Shown piece by piece: positions 36,372-49,452 of a DNA stretch of 64,000 nt. Each line of letters opens with the position of its first letter. Position 1 is the first letter of the stretch. The DNA comes from Amphiscolops sp. MND2022 (lineage: Eukaryota). The position numbers were made by a program, and so were the translations under genes. Under the pieces are notes generated by a model. That model was not told the origin of the DNA. It ran no database searches and saw nothing but the letters and a program-made list of their open reading frames with translations. The DNA lies in NCBI GenBank assembly GCA_964187785.1, contig OZ076409.1:92008001-92072000 (forward strand), given 5' to 3'.

Positions 36372-39300
36372 TTAGTGATCAATTGGAAGTTTCCTTAGCT
36401 TCACTACAGGTCTCAACATCTCTCCGGTGGCAGTCTTTACTTTGACCACTCTTGCGATGTCATCGTTTCCAGTATATGCATCAATGACACGACCAGTTTT
36501 CCATGAAAGGGGTGGAATATTATCTTCCGCGAGAAGAACTAAGTCACCAGCGCTGATTTGAGGCCCATTCTTGAACCATTTCTTTCGTACTTGGAGTGTT
36601 GTCAAATAATCTCTCATCCAAGCTTCCCAAAAATCCTTTTGAATTTGCTGGTGCAAACGAAAGCGGCCATTCAAGGAAAGTTTTTGATTACTCAGAGGCT
36701 GTGGCGACAAGGAACCACCAATTAGGAAATGGGCAGGTGTCAGCGGTGACAAGTCATTGGAGTCTGATGACAAAGGTGTCAAAGGCCTGGAATTGAGAAT
36801 TGCCTCAATCTGGTGGAGAACAGTAAGAAGCTCCTCATTACTTAATCGTTGTTGTCCAACGACACGACGTAAATGCCGTTTCAGGCTCTTGATACCAGCT
36901 TCCCACAGTCCACCGAAATGAGGGGCTCGGGGGGGGGAATGGTTATCCATTCAGATCCTTTTTTGTTTGCGTATGCAACGAATGATTCATGGTCCCTGCT
37001 AACGAGAAGTTCTTGTAACGTCTGTAGTTCATTTCTGGCACCAATGAAATTTAGGCTGTTGTCACTGAATATTTTTGATGGAGTACCGCGTCTAGAGGAG
37101 AATCTTTTCAAGGCCAGGATACATGCTTCTTTAGTTAGATTGGAAACAAGTTCGAGATGCACTGCTTTAGTGGCAAAACATACGAAGAGAGCTATTTATC
37201 GTTTTTGATTTGTCGCATCTCCGATTTTTGTCCAAACAGGACCAGCGAAGTCCAAACCACATTGAGAAAATGGTCTCGCTGGTGTAACTCGCTCCGCGGG
37301 TAATTCTCCCATAAGCTGGAAAGGGGGCTTTAACGAATATCGACAACATCTTATACAGTTTTTGATAAACCTATTTATGATCGGTTTCACTCCAACAATC
37401 CAAAATTGCTCTCTAATAGCAGAGTGAGTTAATTGCCCCCTACATGAAGTGTCTCTTCATGAAAGTGACGAACAATTAAAGGAACCAAAGACGACTCTTT
37501 CGGAATGAGAAGAGGGAATTTTTTCAACTCATTCAAGTTTGAATTCCCCAAACGGCCTCCAACTCGCAAAGCTTTGGCGTCTGTGTCATAGAAGGGACAG
37601 AGATTACGCAAATTTGAAAATTTGGAGAGCTCTTTTTGGTGCATTAGAAAATTGAAGTCTTGTTTCTGGAATCTTCTCTGCTCCATGCTTATCAAATCAT
37701 AAATAGCTGACCTTATCTCATGAGGTGAAATAGGTTCTTGAAAATGATTGCCATCTTTTTTGAGAGCTGCTAGAAAGCGCCGAACAATAGCTAAAACTCT
37801 ACACAGTTTAGTGAAATTGGAAAATCGCGAAATATCGATCAACGTTGGTTCCGATGTTACTGTTAAAACCTGTTTCGGTTCGCGTTTTTCGGGAACTTCT
37901 TCATTTGTAGGTCGATAATGTGGCCACTTTTCAATATCATCTGAGAGCCACGAAGGACCCTTCCACCATAACTCGTTATCTAATAATTCAGAAACAGTGG
38001 TTCCTCTCGAAGCAATATCTGCGGGATTTTCCTTCGTGGGAACATAATCCCAGTTTTTGCGAGGTAAAATTTCCTGAATATTGGAAACACGATTTGCCAC
38101 AAAAGTGTTCCAAACTCGCGGGAGTTTAGCAAGCCAGTTTAAAACGATTGTGCTGTCGGTCCAGGCGAAAATATTATATATAGCCAAAGCTTCACTCATG
38201 TGACATAGAAGCTGAGCTCCGAGTTGAGCAGCGCAAAGTTCGAGCAGAGGCATCGACAATTGTTTCACAGGGGCTACCTTTGTTTTGGCAGTGAGCAAAA
38301 ACACCTGCACTTTTCCATCGCAGTCTTTAGTTCGCACATAAACAACAGCTGCATAGCCCTTCTCAGACGCATCACAAAATACATGAAGTTGGCTGGTGTA
38401 CTTTGTTCGAGGAACAACACATCGAGGAATCTCCAGACCATTCAAACTGCTAAGCCCTTCACGCAATTTCATCCACTGATTCGCAATGGAGTCTGGAAGT
38501 TTCTTATCCCAAGAAATACCTTCCAACCAAGTTTGTTGAATGAGGCGTTTGAAGGCAATGATCACAGGAGCGATCCAACCGATTGGATCGAAAACCTTCG
38601 ACGAATCGGACAAGAGAGTCCGTTTGGTGGTCTGACTGATGTCATCTAAGTCAACTGAAAAGATGAATGTGTCTGAGATTGGTTTCCAGCAAATTCCCAA
38701 AGTTTTGATTTTATATTCTTCTGAAAAAAGTTGAAGTTGATCCGAGGTCTCACGCAGTTCTAAAGGAAGTTCCATAGTCAATCCAGGATGACTTGAGGTC
38801 CACTTTCTCAACTCGAAGCCAAACTTCGAGAGTTCCAGACACAACTCTTTTACAAGATTTCGTGCGTCTTCAATACTGTCAGCGCCACCAAGGAAATCAT
38901 CGACATAAAAACAATTGTTCAATGCGTTTGCCACCGATTCGAATTGAGTCTGACTGGCGACTTCTTTAAGACATCTTGTGGAGTGGAATGCGGAGGATGC
39001 AATACCATAAGTCACTCGCTTCATCCTCAGATGTTGAATCTCTTCATTTCTGCTGTTACGCCAGAGCAAACGATGAAAATATTTATCAGGACTATCAAGT
39101 TCGACTTGTCGATACATTTTTGCTATATCAGCTGATGGTGCAACTACCTTGAAACGGAAACGGTTTAGAATTGTGAACAGATCGTTTTGAACAACCGGTC
39201 CAATCATCAAGCTTTCATTTAGTGAAACACCGTTGGAAACCTTAGCTGAACCATCAAACACAACTCGTAGTTTTGTAGTTGTCGAATCTTCCTTGAAAAC

Positions 39301-41398
39301 ACAATGATGAGGTAAATAGTAAGTTTCATTCGACGGTTTATTGATTTCTTCTTGTGGAATAACTTCCATGTGGTCCAGAGAGATGAATTCATTTATAAAA
39401 TGGGAATATCTTTTCCTCAAATCAGGATTTCTGTCCAACCGGCGCTCTAACGATTTAAATCTACTCTCAGCCTGGGTTAGACTTTCACCCAAATGCATAT
39501 TCTCTTTAAACGGCAACTTGACAACGAATCGATTGTTAATAACCTTTGTTGTCGACTGGAAAAAGGTTTCACAACTGTTTTCTTCGTCAGTAAAAACTGA
39601 CTTTTTAGGTACGTTTTTTATCTCCCAAAACCGACGGAGGGTGTCATCAATCGAGAGATGGCAATGAAAAGCTTCCCCAACTGTGTCATCCCGGCGAAAT
39701 TTCCTTACGTTCAATTTCTATTATTTCTTCGAATACATCAGCACCAAGTATCATGTCGACTGGCTGGGAATGTCGAAAATGAGGATCAGCCAACTTATAG
39801 CGTTCAAGAACTTTAGGGAGCTGCAAAGTTTTGCTGGGCACGCTAGTGGTGAGTTGCTTCAGTACATACGCGGAAACTCGAATTTCTTTTGAAACTGACT
39901 TCAATACGATGTTAGTAAGGTCTGCTCTGACATCGTTCGACTGTCCACCAATACCACTGAGATTCAAGTGTTTCTCTGTTGTATTCAAATTCAGTCTCCT
40001 AGACAAAGCTTGCGTGATGAAACTCAATTGCGAGCCACTATCTAATAGGGCCCGACACGGGATGAGTTGATTTTTTGAATTCAAAACAGAAACAATAGCT
40101 GTGGGAAGCAAAATACTACAATTATTATTTTCTGTTACATTTCCGTCTTGTTTAAGATATAGACTGTTACCGCTGAATGTACTGGAAGTAGGCTCCTCCC
40201 GATGTAGCAATGAGTGATGTTTCCTTTTGCACTTCTGACAAGTTGATTTGGAAGTACAAGTCTTTATTCCATGACCTTCCTTCAGGCAGTTGAAGCATAA
40301 TCTCAATTGTTTGACCTTCTCATATTTGTCAGCAATTGAAAGATTGAGGAACTTGGGACATGTGTAAATACGATGAGATTGTTTGCAGAACGAACAAATC
40401 ATTGAAGTCGATTGATAGCTTTGATAATTTTCTGACTTGTTTTTAATATCAATATCCTTACTGCCTAATGCTTCTCGTTTCATTTCAGGTGATCGAATCG
40501 ATGCCTCTAGAGCTCTATCTCTTCGTTCAAGAAACTATCTCAGATCATCCATAGTCTTCATTTTACCGTCTACATTCGTCAATTGCCATTCCTTCGCAGT
40601 TTCGCTGTCTAGTTTTTCCGACAAAATATGCACCAAAATGAAATCGCTAGCTTTCGTGTCGATTCCTAAAGCACTCAAGGCCATTTCATTCTCATTGAAA
40701 GTCCCTATGAGTTTGCGAAGACTATCCGGGCCTTCCTTCCTCACATTCTCAATTTTCATGATATTGGTTAAGTGTGCCTTCGTGATCAGAAACTGGTTGT
40801 CATATCGATCTTGAAGCAATTTGATCGCAGCGTCGTAATTTGCAGCAGTGGTAGGCAAGTGTGACAAAACACATTTGGCGTCACCTTTTAACGCGCCCTT
40901 CAAATAAAAAAGTTTTTGCACTTTCGGCAGCGTTGGGTGATCATGGACTGTTCCTTTGAACATGTCAAAAAAGGATTTCCAATCTTTGTACTGACCGTCA
41001 AATGTAGGTAACTCAATTCTGGGTAATCGAACGTTATTCTCTCGGTGTATAGAACCGTCATCATCATCGGTGCTATCAGAAAGACCAGTTAGCCATTTTC
41101 TCATCTGCTTCATCAGACTTTCCAGTCTAACATCGTTTTCATCCTGCGTGAATATTTCAGCCTCCATGGCTTCTTCTGTATTTTCGGTACTATTTAAAAT
41201 TTCCAAGTTCAACTGATCGAGAACCCTAGCCTTCTCCTCCAGCGATTCAAGCAGCGTTTCAACAATTAATTTATCTTCAGAAGTAATTTCATCAACTAGT
41301 TTCGTCCTAATGTTTTCGAATTCACCTTTCTTTCGGGTTATTATACCCATGTGAGCCTTTCGAGAAGCAATTGACCTTCTCAAACCGCTTTCAGACAT
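36372..41398 (-). pseudogene. BEL/Pao gag-pol (DUF1759-like gag, CCHC knuckles, PR LLDSGS, RT YVDD, Pao RNase H, integrase, DUF5641-like tail) with stops and frameshifts
   Basis: LPRIELPTFDG, CSFCKQSHRIYTC, LRVVFDGS, FCDASEKGY, CGLDFAGP, FSDNSLNF, GGLWEAGIK. Confidence 0.93.
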
Positions 41399-41584
41399 TT
41401 TAGTGCTAAATAGAACAATTCTACTTCGGCTGTTACTTAGGTAGACCGTGTGCTCAGCCCCTTTCAGGCAGGACACGCTACAATTGATAAAACAAAGTAG
41501 AGTGAGTGTGTCGCAACGTATGAACGCAACCCCTTTCAGGCAGGTTCCTACAAAAACAGGAAATTTAAGACAATACCTTGGAGC

Positions 41585-42184
41585 TCAGAATGGATATCTC
41601 CAAGACTCTTTCGTTGTTGAAGTAACTTTCTTGTTAGGATCTTTCGAATGCTTCCTTTTAAGGACCTTTTCGTTGAGAAGTTTGTGAACTTTGGCAAAGG
41701 CTTTGCTTTCAAGATGACAAAGATCTTTCGATATGTGCTTTAAATCATAAAGATAATGCGAAACACCAACAAATATAATATTTGAGCAAAGTTGCCCACA
41801 GAGTGAGTTTAATTCAGCGTTCAATTGGAGCACCTTACTCTGTAGTTCCGATGTACCTCGTGGTGGCACACCAACAACGAAAACCTTCTTGGTGCGTGAA
41901 ATTAAAGCTTGAGCAATATCACAAATTTCGATCGCTACTGGGGAAGGTTCTTCTGCGGATCGAAAACTACCACTTTTCGAAACAAAATTCTCTAAGGCGT
42001 TTCCCCCAATAAATAACACAATTTTTTCGAACTTGTCTGGAGGTGGTATAAAATCCCAAAGATCTTTGGGGCGTGCTCCAGGAACAGATAAGACGTCAAA
42101 TGACGTAGTTCTAAACTTTTTCAGTAGGGAATCAGACAAAATGAGGTTTACTGAATTATTTTTTAAAAGCAGACTTCGTTTCAT
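41585..42184 (-). CDS. SGNH/GDSL hydrolase (esterase)-like ORF upstream of BEL gag, 199 aa from ATG
   Basis: Blocks LILSDSL (I), VPGA (II), FIGGNA (III), VGVPPR, DLCHL (V) in the canonical order and spacing. Confidence 0.75.
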   Translation of the reverse strand: MKRSLLLKNNSVNLILSDSLLKKFRTTSFDVLSVPGARPKDLWDFIPPPDKFEKIVLFIGGNALENFVSKSGSFRSAEEPSPVAIEICDIAQALISRTKKVFVVGVPPRGTSELQSKVLQLNAELNSLCGQLCSNIIFVGVSHYLYDLKHISKDLCHLESKAFAKVHKLLNEKVLKRKHSKDPNKKVTSTTKESWRYPF

Positions 42185-42238
42185 GTAGATTCCAATAAAT
42201 TTTTCCAAGAGAAAAATTAAAACGGTCTCACCATGGAA

Positions 42239-42256
42239 ATCACGTCGGGGTCACCA
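42239..42256 (-). promoter_or_regulatory. tRNA-Trp PBS TGGTGACCCCGACGTGAT
   Basis: 18-nt match to the classical tRNA-Trp PBS (as in avian sarcoma-leukosis viruses), 3 nt from the 5' LTR. Confidence 0.9.
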
Positions 42257-43382
42257 CCATGTTGTTTCAACTTGTGAATGCTGTAGCAAGGACAGCCGTA
42301 CTTGGTTGCTATAGCTTGGATAGCAAAAAGGCTTAAAAAAGGAACACGTGATATTCAAATTAGACGACAAAACAATGAAAATTGAACGCGGTAAAAGCGC
42401 TGAATAATACAAAATGAAAAGATGAATCATCGAATTATCAATATGATAATTAAGTAATCTCAACAGGTACTGTGACCCTGATAAAATATTACCTTCTGCA
42501 ACATTGGCACACGGTGGCGCTGTATCAACAGCTTTTTGGGATGCGCACACCATTGATGTTAGTACCAAAAACAATCTTTTCACAGGGAGGGGCTATTCAT
42601 TTCGAATTGAATGCACAGATCATTAAACTCGTTTTCTAACTTTCACTCGATGGGGCAACTTTTCGCGAATTTGTTCGGGCCCTTGTGTTGGACCTTCGTC
42701 AACCCCAAAACTGGAGTACTGGGATGTTTCCCCTCGTGCATTCAAGGCACTGGAAAATGATCTAAATGTTCTCTAATGTAACTTATTGTTTATGTACTGT
42801 TGTGATTAACATACGGCGGACATCACTTCGCAAACAAGATCTTGTTGTACTTTTGAAAAATCCGTAGTTTCTTTTTTGGGGCTTCGGGCTTCACTAGATG
42901 CCTAGAAGGAGCTGTTTCATTGCTGTTTTTGTGACAGCCTAAGACTCAAACTTGTGAGGTAAATCCAAAACCGAGAAAAAATATTGATACCATGTTTTCG
43001 TTAAAAGATGCGCAAGGCTATCTTTTCGCCGATAGAAGGTTTGAAAACGTTTCTCATTCCGGGTTACCACCATGCAAATCATACAGTTTCCATATAAGGA
43101 AATTACTTGCCATACATAAAAATTATGTTTGTGTCACGACTTCGAAGTTTTCCACAATTTCCTTTATTGCTTCATTGTATGACTCTCCTGTTTTCCAAGA
43201 AAGATTTTTAGTAAAACTGTGTTCTTTTCTGAGAAACCTTTCTAATAGTAATTATCGCAGGCTAATTCTAATCACGACTACGACAGCCGGACAAGAGGCC
43301 GTACCCGGCACTTTGCCGACATTTAAAAAAACTGACTCTAAGGATAAACTTTTGCCACATGTATTATCATGCTTTCATGTTT

Positions 43383-44914
43383 TATACACAATTACTATTA
43401 GTCTGTTAAAAGTAGGATTTGGTAGTTCAAATCAAGTTGTTGGAATTTGTTGATAAATGCTGAGTATGAATTGAAACAATGCAAGCAGAGACAACTATAC
43501 GGCAGTAAAGGAAATGCGTTCAAGTGACGTAAAGCTCTACTCCGGAAGCGTCACTTGAGCGCGTAGCCTGGTCCAATCAAATCGCAGTATATGTTGTGTT
43601 GGAATGTACATTTATTAACGGACAAATAAGGCTTTGGTCAAACGGCCGGTTCCGGCCATTTTATATATTTGTTGCTTTGATACCAATCATTCTTTTGATT
43701 GATTAATATTAGTACACTAATGCTAAATATCTACGCCAATGAAAGACTAACTGTCATTGCTTCGGATTTAATACCATGAGACAGTTAAGGACATTCAACC
43801 AAACTTTGAAGGCGCTTACTTGATAATAAGGCAATTAGCCCGTTCAGGCCCAATTGTGCTAGACGCTATATTAACTGTGCTAGGGTGGTTTGGCCCGGGC
43901 TACTTTGTTCAATGCAGTATTAGATATCATTCAGATTAGGCCATAGCCTTATAAAAGCTCATACTTGTAATCATATAATTTGTGCTTAGATGGATTCAGA
44001 GGAGCGCAAGTGGTCGCACGTCCAATGTTACATACCGCACATAGCATCAAATGTTTGTTGACATTCTTGAGTTGAATGTTTGTTAGCATAGAATAATGTT
44101 TGAAGTTGCAGCTGATATTCTAATCTTTGGTCGAGATGTTCCGTTTGTGATTTCCAAGGAATGTGTAAAATTAGGGAACTGTTTGATGTCACGTTTTTTA
44201 GGTATGTTAATTTACCCGCCTAATATGTAAAATATGCGAATGTCACCCTCCCGGAGGTATATATAACGGAATTCCTCAAGAGAGGGACACAATCCATTTT
44301 GATCAATTGATTTTGAAACGGTTTTATAGATTGCAAACCTGATTACCATTAAAATTTTACAACTTGAAATCTCCAATGCCTACTACCAAAAAACAAAAGA
44401 AAACTAGGAAGTCAAAAGGACTTGAAATGTTCTCAGATTTGGAGAACATAGATATTATGTTAGGCAGTAGACAATCTGAAAGAGAAGAAAGTGTAAATAG
44501 CAATCACGCAAGGAGACCACAGAGCGTTAATAGCAACCTGTTTGAAAACAACGAAAAAAGTTTATATTTGCCGAGAAGCTGAGTTAGGTGCTAATGCCGA
44601 TCTCGGAGAGAATTCCGCGAGTGTGCTAACTCTAGTGCTGAGATTAATAGACTGTCGAGTGAGTTAAACTCTAGAATATCTAAGGAGATGGATGAGATAA
44701 TGAAAAGTGTCAGTGTTCAGATTCAAAGGGCCATTAACGATGCCATTAGCAATCAGGTTTTACCTCAAATTCAAAATGCCATCATGACCAAAAATCGATG
44801 GAACGTTTCGGGTAAGAGACCGGACGCAAATCCCGAAGTTCCTCGAAGTGAAAAGGCCAGAAATGATTTGAGAAGTGAGCAACTTCAGAGTCGTCAATAC
44901 AATGACCATCTTGA
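43383..44914 (+). repeat. Solo LTR of a Gypsy-3-related family containing the gag N-terminal fragment (MPTTKKQKK..)
   Basis: Similar to 57442-59047 (tattagtctgttaaaa, ggccggttccggcca, gag N-terminus); no PBS or internal sequence follows. The left end is approximate. Confidence 0.75.
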
Positions 44915-47900
44915 TTGCTTCCGACAGTAATAGAAACCTTTCGACTGTTAAAATTGAACTTCGAGATGGATCCCGCTATATTCACATTCAAAACTTTTAC
45001 ATACGCAAACTTTGGCGAACTAAGCAAACCATGCATTAACAAGTGTTCGACTTCTTGTTCTTTTGGCAATAACGTTTTTGTTACAACCATCCCCTTTCTC
45101 ATGACGAGATTGCCAGATACCACAGATGGTAATTGTGATGTTGTTCTTACGTTTTTGATTGAAATTGGTTCCATGTTAAGCAGCGGCCAATACGTTCATC
45201 AACCCGGGCGTTAATTGACTACGTTATGATAATTTGCAATGTATGGAAATCATTTGGTCCAAGAAAAGATCATACTACAGAAATCTTCCGTTCCATAGGA
45301 GGAACATAGTATGGAAAACGCCTTCGTCATAGAATCACTATAGTTTGATCATTTTATCACATGGATGGATTTGTTTATTGCATGGTCCTAATATGACTGA
45401 ACTGTTTCCATTGAATCACCAAACATGACTTTTCATGATTTGAGTGTCTTTAGTGTGAAGGTCAAACCGGGATATTTGATCTCCTCTGTTTCAAAACCGA
45501 AACTAAATACAGTGTCCATGGTACCGTAAATTGCATTAGGCTACATATTAACCTAAATTTGATGACAATTTTTTCTCATTCCGGAATTTTCAATGCAAAA
45601 AAGGCGCGAAAATCATGTTTGGATTTTTTCAATTTGCAGCTCATAATCCTGGGAACTGAACGTTATATCCGAACTTTTGAAGTGTCATGTCCGAACTTTG
45701 AAAACGGTATATCCAACTTTGAAAACGTAATATCAGAACTTCGAAAACGTTATATACGAACTTTGGAAACGTTATATTCGAACTTTGAAAACGTTATATT
45801 CAAACTTTGAAAATTTTATATCCGAACTTTGAAAACGTTATATACAAAATTTGGAAGCGGTAATTCCGAACTTTGGAAACAAAAAAAGTAAAAGAACCAT
45901 ATCCGCTGGATAACGAAACAATCGAATGTTCCGAACATGCCATATCCTTTGGAGTTCATGTTGATCAACGTTTAACATACGATTTTGAAATCAAAAAGAG
46001 CTAGTACACATGGCCTAACATTTTTGAGCGAAACAATCCGGGAACGACATAAGTCGACATCAAATCTGAAGCTCAAAAATAGCAAAAGGACATCAAAGTA
46101 GCAAAAAACTCGAATGATCAGTTCCACAAAAATTGTTGCGAAACACTTTCGAAAGCCCAAAAAATCGAAATAGCGCGCCGGTTGGGTTTATCAACATACA
46201 TTATATGCAAAACACCAAAAAACTCGAAGGAGGGGCCCTTCAAATTGTTTTGAAAAAAGTGTCTATCAAGGCCAAGAAAACTGAAAAAAAGGACCCTTTG
46301 GGAATTTGCGACATCCATTCGGTCGCAAATATTCAAAATAACCGAAGGGAACACTTTGAAAAAAAAATGTTGTCATGACAAAGTCATGGACAACTGTACT
46401 ACAATAACAAAATTTCGTTGAAGTGCAGATCACAGTCAATCAAAAAGCCAGCAATCACAATTCAACACACAGGACGAATTAAAAAGATGGACGAGCGGAC
46501 CAGAAGGAGAATAGACAGAAAACTTGTTGGACTGATTCAACTGTACTAAATAATCTCATCTTAATCTAGCTTTCTCACTTGTCAAAATAAAACCAATCTC
46601 TCTACCCAATTTGTATTTTCTCTAAAGTTAGAAAGTTGAGCAAAGCAGAATTGACCCAACTCAACATTCGAATATAACATCATATAATTTGTGCTTAGAT
46701 GGATTCAGAGGAGCGCAAGTGGTCGCACGTGCCAATGTTACATACCGCACATTGCATCAAATATTTGTTGACATTCTTGAGATGAATGTGTTTGTTAGCA
46801 TAGAACAATCTGTTTGAAGTTGCAGCTGATATTCTAATTTTTGGTCGAGATGTTCCTTTAGTGATTTCCAAGGAATGTGTAAAATTAGGGAAATGTTTGA
46901 TGTCACGTTTTTTAGGTATGTTAATTTACCCGCCTAATATGTAAAATATGCGAATGTCACCCTCCCGGAGGTATATATAACGGAATTCCTCATGAGAGGG
47001 ACACAGTCCATTTTGATCAATTGATTTTGACACGGTTTTATAGATTGCAAACCTGATTACCAATAAAATTTTACAACTTGAAATCTCCAATGCCTACTAC
47101 CAAAAAACAAAAGAAAACTAGGGAGTCAAAAGGACTTGAAATGTTCTCAGATTTGGAGAACATAGATATTATGTTAGGCAGTAGACAATCTGAAAGAGAA
47201 GAAAGTGTAAATAGCAATCATGCAAGGAGACCACAGAGCGTTAATAGCAACCTGTTTGAAAACAACGAAAAAAGTTTATATTTGAATCCCAGAGAAGCTG
47301 AGTTAGGTGCTAATGCCAATCTCTGAGGGAATTCCGCGAGTGTACTAACTCTAGTGCTGAGATTAATAGACTGTCGAGTGAGTTAAACTCTAGAATATCT
47401 AGGGAGATGGATGAGATAATGAATAGTGTCAGTGTTCAGATTCAAAGGGCCATTAACGATGCCATTAGCAATCAGGTTTTACCTAAAATTCAAAATGCCA
47501 TCATGGCCGGTCCAGGACACATGACCAAAAATGGATGGAACGTGTCGGGTGAGAGACCGGACGCAAATCCCGAAGTTCCTCGAAGTGAAAAGGCCAGAAA
47601 TGATTTGAGAAGTGAGCAATTTCAGAGTCGTCAATACAATGACCATCTTGATGATCATATTGCTTCCGACAGTAATAGAAACCCTTCGGCTGCTAAAATT
47701 GAACTTCGAGATGGATCCCGCTATATTCACATTCAAAATTTTTACATACGCAAACTTTGGCGAACTAAGCAAACCATGCATTAACAAGTGTTCGACTTCT
47801 TGTTCTTTTGGCAATAACGTTTTTGTTACAACCATCCCCTTTCTCATGACGAGATTGCCAGATACCACAGATGGTAATTGTGATGTTGTTCTTACGTTTT

Positions 47901-49452
47901 TGATTGAAATTGGTTCCATGTTAAGCAGCGGCCAATACGTTCATCAACCCGGGCGTTAATTGACTACGTTATGATAATTTGCAATGTATGGAAATCATTT
48001 GGTCCAAGAAAAGATCATACTACAGAAATCTTCCGTTCCATAGGAGGAACATAGTATGGAAAACGCCTTCGTCATAGAATCACTATAGTTTGATCATTTT
48101 ATCACATGGATGGATTTGTTTATTGCATGGTCCTAATATGACTGAACTGTTTCCATTGAATCACCAAACATGACTTTTCATGATTTGAGTGTCTTTAGTG
48201 TGAAGGTCAAACCGGGATATTTGATCTCCTCTGTTTCAGAACCGAAACTAAATACAGTGTCCATGGTACCGTAAATTGCATTAGGCTACATATTAACCTA
48301 AATTTGATGACAATTTTTTCTCATTCCGGAATTTTCAATGCAAAAAAGGCGCGAAAATCATGTTTGGATTTTTTCAATTTGCAGCTCATAATCCTGGGAA
48401 CTGAACGTTATATCCGAACTTTTGAAGTGTCATGTCCGAACTTTGAAAACGGTATATCCAACTTTGAAAACGTAATATCCGAACTTCGAAAACGTTATAT
48501 ACGAACTTTGGAAACGTTATATTCGAACTTTGAAAACGTTGTATTCAAACTTTGAAAATTTTATATCCGAACTTTGAAAACGTTATATACAAACTTTGGA
48601 AGCGGTATTTCCGAACTTTGGAAACAAAAAAAAGTAAAAGAACCATATCCGCTGGACAACGAAACAATCGAATGTTCCGAACATGCCATATCCTTTGGAG
48701 TTCATGTTGATCAACGTTTAACATACGATTTTGAAATCAAAAAAAGCTGGTACACATGGGCTAACATTTATAGTCTTTATATACTCTTAGGTCATTTTTG
48801 AGCGAAACAATCCGGGAACGACATAAGTCGACATCATATCTAAAGCTCAAAAATAGCAAATAGACATCAAAGTAGCAAAAAACTCGAATGATCAGTCCCA
48901 CAAAAATTGTTACGAAACACTTTCGAAAGCCCAAAAAATCGAAATAGCGCGCCGGTTGGGTTTATCAACCTACATTATATGCAAAACATCAAAAAACTCA
49001 AAGGGGGGCCCTTCAAATTGTTTTGAAAAAAGTGTCTATCAAGACCAAGAAAACTGAAAAAAGGACCCTTTGGGAATTTGCGACATCCATTCGGTCGCAA
49101 ATATTCAAAATAACCAAAGGGAACACTTTGAAGAAAAAAATGTTGTCATGACAAAGTCATGGACAACTGTACTACAACAACAAAGTTTCGTTGAAGTGCA
49201 GATCACAGTCAATCAAAAAGCCAGCAATCACAACTCAACACACAGGACGAATTAAAAAGGTGGACGAGCGGACCAGAAGGAGAATAGACAGAAAACTTGT
49301 TGGACTGATTCAATTGTACTAAATAATCTCTTCTTAATCTAGCTTTCTCACTTGTCAAAATGAAACCGATCTCTCTACCCAAATTGTATTTTCTCTAAAG
49401 TTAGAAAGTTGAGCAAAGGAGAATTGACCCAACTCAACGTTCGAATATAACA
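43971..49452. repeat. Tandem duplication, units 43971-46679 and 46680-49452 (about 2.7 kb, moderately diverged)
   Basis: Collinear identity with several small indels. Confidence 0.95.
45650..45885 (+). repeat. Minisatellite, about 22-bp unit GAACTTTGAAAACGTTATATCC, about 10 units (second copy about 48400-48625)
   Basis: Directly visible degenerate tandem array. Confidence 0.85.

Larger units (their letters stand above)
36109..42465 (-). mobile_element. Complete BEL/Pao LTR retrotransposon
   Basis: 206-bp TG..CA LTRs (36109-36314, 42260-42465; two differences seen), TSD GGTAC, PBS, PPT AGGGGTGCGGAA, gag-PR-RT-RH-IN. Confidence 0.96.

Noticed and set aside
45650-45885. CRISPR-like array
   Set aside because: Degenerate head-to-tail 22-bp units with no unique spacers, no cas genes, and a eukaryotic context.
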